Part shown: one piece after another, positions 63,366 to 64,000 of the stretch | Numbering within the stretch: position 1 is the first letter of the stretch | Layout: every line of letters starts with the position of its first letter | NCBI GenBank assembly: GCA_001643675.2 | Contig: LSRY02000064.1 | Span: forward strand, 1-64,000 | From: Monocercomonoides exilis PA203 | Taxonomy: Eukaryota > Protista > Preaxostyla | DNA length: 64,000 nt | Direction of reading: 5' to 3' | Program-made: the position numbers and the translations under genes | Notes under the pieces: model-generated | Told to the model about the DNA's origin: nothing | The model's database searches: none | Seen by the model: the letters and a program-made list of their open reading frames with translations, nothing else

Positions 63366-64000
63366 TCAGTTATATCTTGAAAGTGAAGTGGAAAATAGAA
63401 GCAGCTCTTCCTTTTGAACCTTGCCCTTCTTTTGGCTTTCATTCTGTTGTTTTCCCTTCTTTGGACTTTGAGATGAAGTGAGTGTAGTTTTTTCTTTATT
63501 TGCCAATGCTCTTCGAGGGAGCAATGCTGCGATGCTGTCATCCATTCCAATCGGAGCAGAATTCCTTTCGCGCATAAACACTTCATCTGCCGCACTGCTT
63601 TCTTCGTTGCTTTTGTTCTGAAATGCATCTTTCTCATTCTTTCTTCCTTTCTTCTCTTCAAATTTCTTGTCTTGAGCTTTTGAAGAGCCACTTGTTTTTT
63701 TGGATGCTTTGTCTCCACCATTATTTGTTCCATCATGCGATTTTCTCTTATGATTGTCTTTTCCGCTTCCATTATGCTTCTTCCTTCCTTCAGAGTCTTC
63801 TCCTTCTCCTTTGCCTTTCCTTTCTTCTTCTCTTTGCTTCCTCTCCTTTTCTGCTTCTCTCTGTTTAGCTTCCTCTTCCTTTTTCTTCTTAGTGAGATCA
63901 GCAAGCGAAGGCATGCTTTCTTCCATCATGCCCAATTCTATTTGATCTCCAGGTGACACAAAGAAGCTTCCGCCAGCTGAAACTGAACTGTCTCTGATTT
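63366..64000 (-). CDS. 3' part of a Lys/Glu-rich hypothetical protein, cut by the window edge
   Basis: Low-complexity charged ORF that appears to run off the window end. Confidence 0.55.
   Translation of the reverse strand, partial: IRDSSVSAGGSFFVSPGDQIELGMMEESMPSLADLTKKKKEEEAKQREAEKERKQREEERKGKGEGEDSEGRKKHNGSGKDNHKRKSHDGTNNGGDKASKKTSGSSKAQDKKFEEKKGRKNEKDAFQNKSNEESSAADEVFMRERNSAPIGMDDSIAALLPRRALANKEKTTLTSSQSPKKGKQQNESQKKGKVQKEELLLFSTSLSRYN

Overview
Eukaryotic, intron-rich protist DNA in the standard genetic code. Poly-Ser proteins, short GT/GC-AG introns, decayed GGA(I/L) beta-helix-repeat genes and a bacterial-type Fe-ADH suggest an anaerobic metamonad such as the oxymonad Monocercomonoides (inference). 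Host genes lie at 1-13.1 kb (GH31 glucosidase, two FAR-17a/AIG1-like paralogs of very different GC content, a kinase with a helical-repeat tail, an FPP/GGPP synthase) and at 43.9-58.5 kb (acylphosphatase, a ~3,900-aa Ser-rich protein, a butanol dehydrogenase-like ADH). Between them is a ~29-kb DNA-transposon/tRNA island with two parts. (i) A near-perfect inverted duplication with ~3.5-kb arms (13438-16909 versus 17911-31319) surrounds a dead Merlin transposase and duplicates tRNA-Glu and tRNA-Asn. Its right arm later received two cargo-carrying transposons whose empty sites survive in the left arm: a 6.05-kb pogo-like DD35D element with an intact transposase and TA TSD, and a 3.95-kb element with an 8-bp TSD. 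(ii) Five further DNA transposons (three pogo-like, two DDE_Tnp_4/PHIS-like) are packed edge-to-edge 0-6 bp apart and end just upstream of a tRNA-Leu gene. Another pogo-like element lies at 58.6-63.3 kb. All calls come from manual reading; no searches were run.
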